A stretch of 64,000 nucleotides of DNA. Origin: an uncultured archaeon (GTDB taxonomy: Archaea; Aenigmatarchaeota; Aenigmatarchaeia; CG10238-14; SCSR01). The notes below the pieces were generated by a model, which had not been told where the DNA came from, searched no databases, and was given only the letters and a program-made list of their open reading frames with translations. Below are positions 62,913-64,000 of the stretch, piece by piece. Where the stretch lies: contig CAZEGD010000001.1 in assembly GCA_964512235.1 (NCBI GenBank), positions 106,874 through 170,873 of the forward strand, in the 5' to 3' direction. Both the position numbers and the translations under genes were made by a program. How positions within the stretch are numbered: position 1 is the first letter of the stretch; each line of letters opens with the position of its first letter.

Positions 62913-63401
62913 ATGGTGGAAAAGATGAAAGTTGTGCTAGATACGTCTGCTCTCATCTACTTGAACGACTTTCGGGAATTTGATGAGATGTTGACTGTGC
63001 AGGAAGTTATTGAAGAAGCTAAAGACAGTGTCACTGCGATAAAGCTATCCAGTATTGATGTAAAGATATTGGAACCGGCTGCGGGGATTGTGGAAAAAAT
63101 ACAGCAGGTTGCAAGAGAGACTGGCGACATTGATAGGTTGTCTAAAACGGATTTAAAGCTAATAGCTTTAGCTAAGCAGAGTAATGCCACAATAATATCG
63201 GACGATCGTAATGTGCAGAATGTTGCAGAGCGTATGCAAATACCGTACATCTCAATTTTCAACGAAAAGATAACTAAACTCATAACTTGGAAGAAATACT
63301 GCAGCAGTTGTAAGAAATATTTCAATTCTGGCCGTATTTGCGAACGCTGTGGCAGTGAGCTGAAGCGTGTGCCTTTTGTTTCTAAGAATGTGAAAAACTG
63401 A
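62913..63401 (+). CDS. nob1: Nob1-like endonuclease (PIN domain plus C-terminal zinc ribbon)
   Basis: VVLDTSALI, TDLKLIALA and ISDDRNVQNV form the PIN acidic residues. C-terminal CSSC...CERCG. Confidence 0.75.
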   Translation: MVEKMKVVLDTSALIYLNDFREFDEMLTVQEVIEEAKDSVTAIKLSSIDVKILEPAAGIVEKIQQVARETGDIDRLSKTDLKLIALAKQSNATIISDDRNVQNVAERMQIPYISIFNEKITKLITWKKYCSSCKKYFNSGRICERCGSELKRVPFVSKNVKN

Positions 63402-63459
63402 ACTCCAGTAGTTCCGAAAGTTAAAAAGATATAAAAATTAACTAATCCTAGGTGAATAT

Positions 63460-63657
63460 ATGAACAAACAATACGAAGATGGAGACCCATGTCCATTTTG
63501 TAAGAAAGGCATTTTGCATCCTTCTGGTTTGAGATGGGATGTAGAAAAGCCTAAGATTGAAAGTGGAGAAGCTAGAAGAGAGCGAACAAAATTCGTGTGC
63601 GATACTTGCGGCAAAGACCCTTCTAACTTTAAGCTCGTTCTTAAGGACAAAATTTAA
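63460..63657 (+). CDS. zinc-ribbon protein, 65 aa
   Basis: CPFCKKG...CDTCGK. No family recognised. Confidence 0.45.
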   Translation: MNKQYEDGDPCPFCKKGILHPSGLRWDVEKPKIESGEARRERTKFVCDTCGKDPSNFKLVLKDKI

Positions 63658-64000
63658 GTTCCACCAGGATCAACAAAAGTATACAAAACAGTTCCGAAAA
63701 ACTTAGCCGTAATTATCGGCACTTCTTTTATTCTTGTAAAGAGAGATTTGCTTACTACAGCATTGATGATAACCCATAGATTATATAGGAGGGCAGAAAA
63801 CACAAAATAGAACAGTCTGACGGTATAGTTCTTTGATGTTGTTTTGGCTCTAAAACTATTTTTCATTCTATAACTTGTCTCAATACCCCATCTCTGACTA
63901 TAGAGTCTGAAAAGGTTCTGAGCATTATCGTCTCTTAACAGTCCAAAATTAGAAGCGAAAACTCGCTTTTTACCCTCTCGGTCTTCAACTATAGCTAGCT
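63654..64000 (-). mobile_element. C-terminal part of an IS4/IS5-superfamily DDE transposase (ORF open to the right edge)
   Basis: Hand translation upstream of the track ORF gives ...LFRLYSQRWGIETSYRMKNSFRAK..., the Y-x2-R-x3-E...K signature around the third catalytic residue. Confidence 0.7.

Overview
AT-rich, tightly packed archaeal chromosome segment. By inference it comes from a reduced DPANN-type lineage: the primase is a single fused PriS-PriL protein, the rRNA genes carry insertions, half of the tRNAs have introns, and many small Zn-ribbon and winged-helix ORFs are present. Contents, left to right. (1) The distal part of the S10/spc ribosomal-protein supraoperon (uS3 C-terminus, uL29, aSUI1, Rpp29, uS17, uL14, uL24, eS4, uL5, an orphan ORF, uS14), which stops abruptly. 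(2) Housekeeping genes: A24 prepilin peptidase, SerRS, an APC permease, TyrRS, a beta-CASP RNase, ApgM, enolase, eL42-eS27, GINS, the fused primase, tRNA-Cys plus CysRS, MscL, CysK, eL40, DUF99, signal peptidase, TFS, an OB-fold protein plus PCNA, the eL18-uL13-uS9-RpoN-RpoK block, a glmS-glmM-glmU operon, 2-oxoacid:ferredoxin oxidoreductase, a GltB-like FMN protein, ArgRS, deoxyhypusine synthase and adenylate kinase. (3) Six tRNAs: Cys, Ser, Gly, Met, His and Ala. Cys, Ser and Met carry introns. (4) A disrupted rRNA locus. The 16S (43571-45329) has three insertions. A 3.5-kb spacer still holds tRNA-Ala but has acquired six protein genes bounded by copies of an 18-nt dyad motif. The 23S (about 48854-51992) has two candidate insertions, one of them in the A-loop, and unusual bases at functional-centre positions. 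Each rRNA has its own bulge-helix-bulge processing helix. No 5S was seen. (5) A five-gene surface island (53044-61736) built around a 1779-aa glycoprotein-like LamG/Ig-repeat protein. This is my best candidate for an undescribed, lineage-specific system. (6) aIF5A, an archaeal histone, Nob1, and a truncated IS4/IS5-type transposase at the right edge. No CRISPR array, cas gene, reverse transcriptase or recognisable defence system was found. All calls come from reading the sequence and remembered family signatures; no searches were run.
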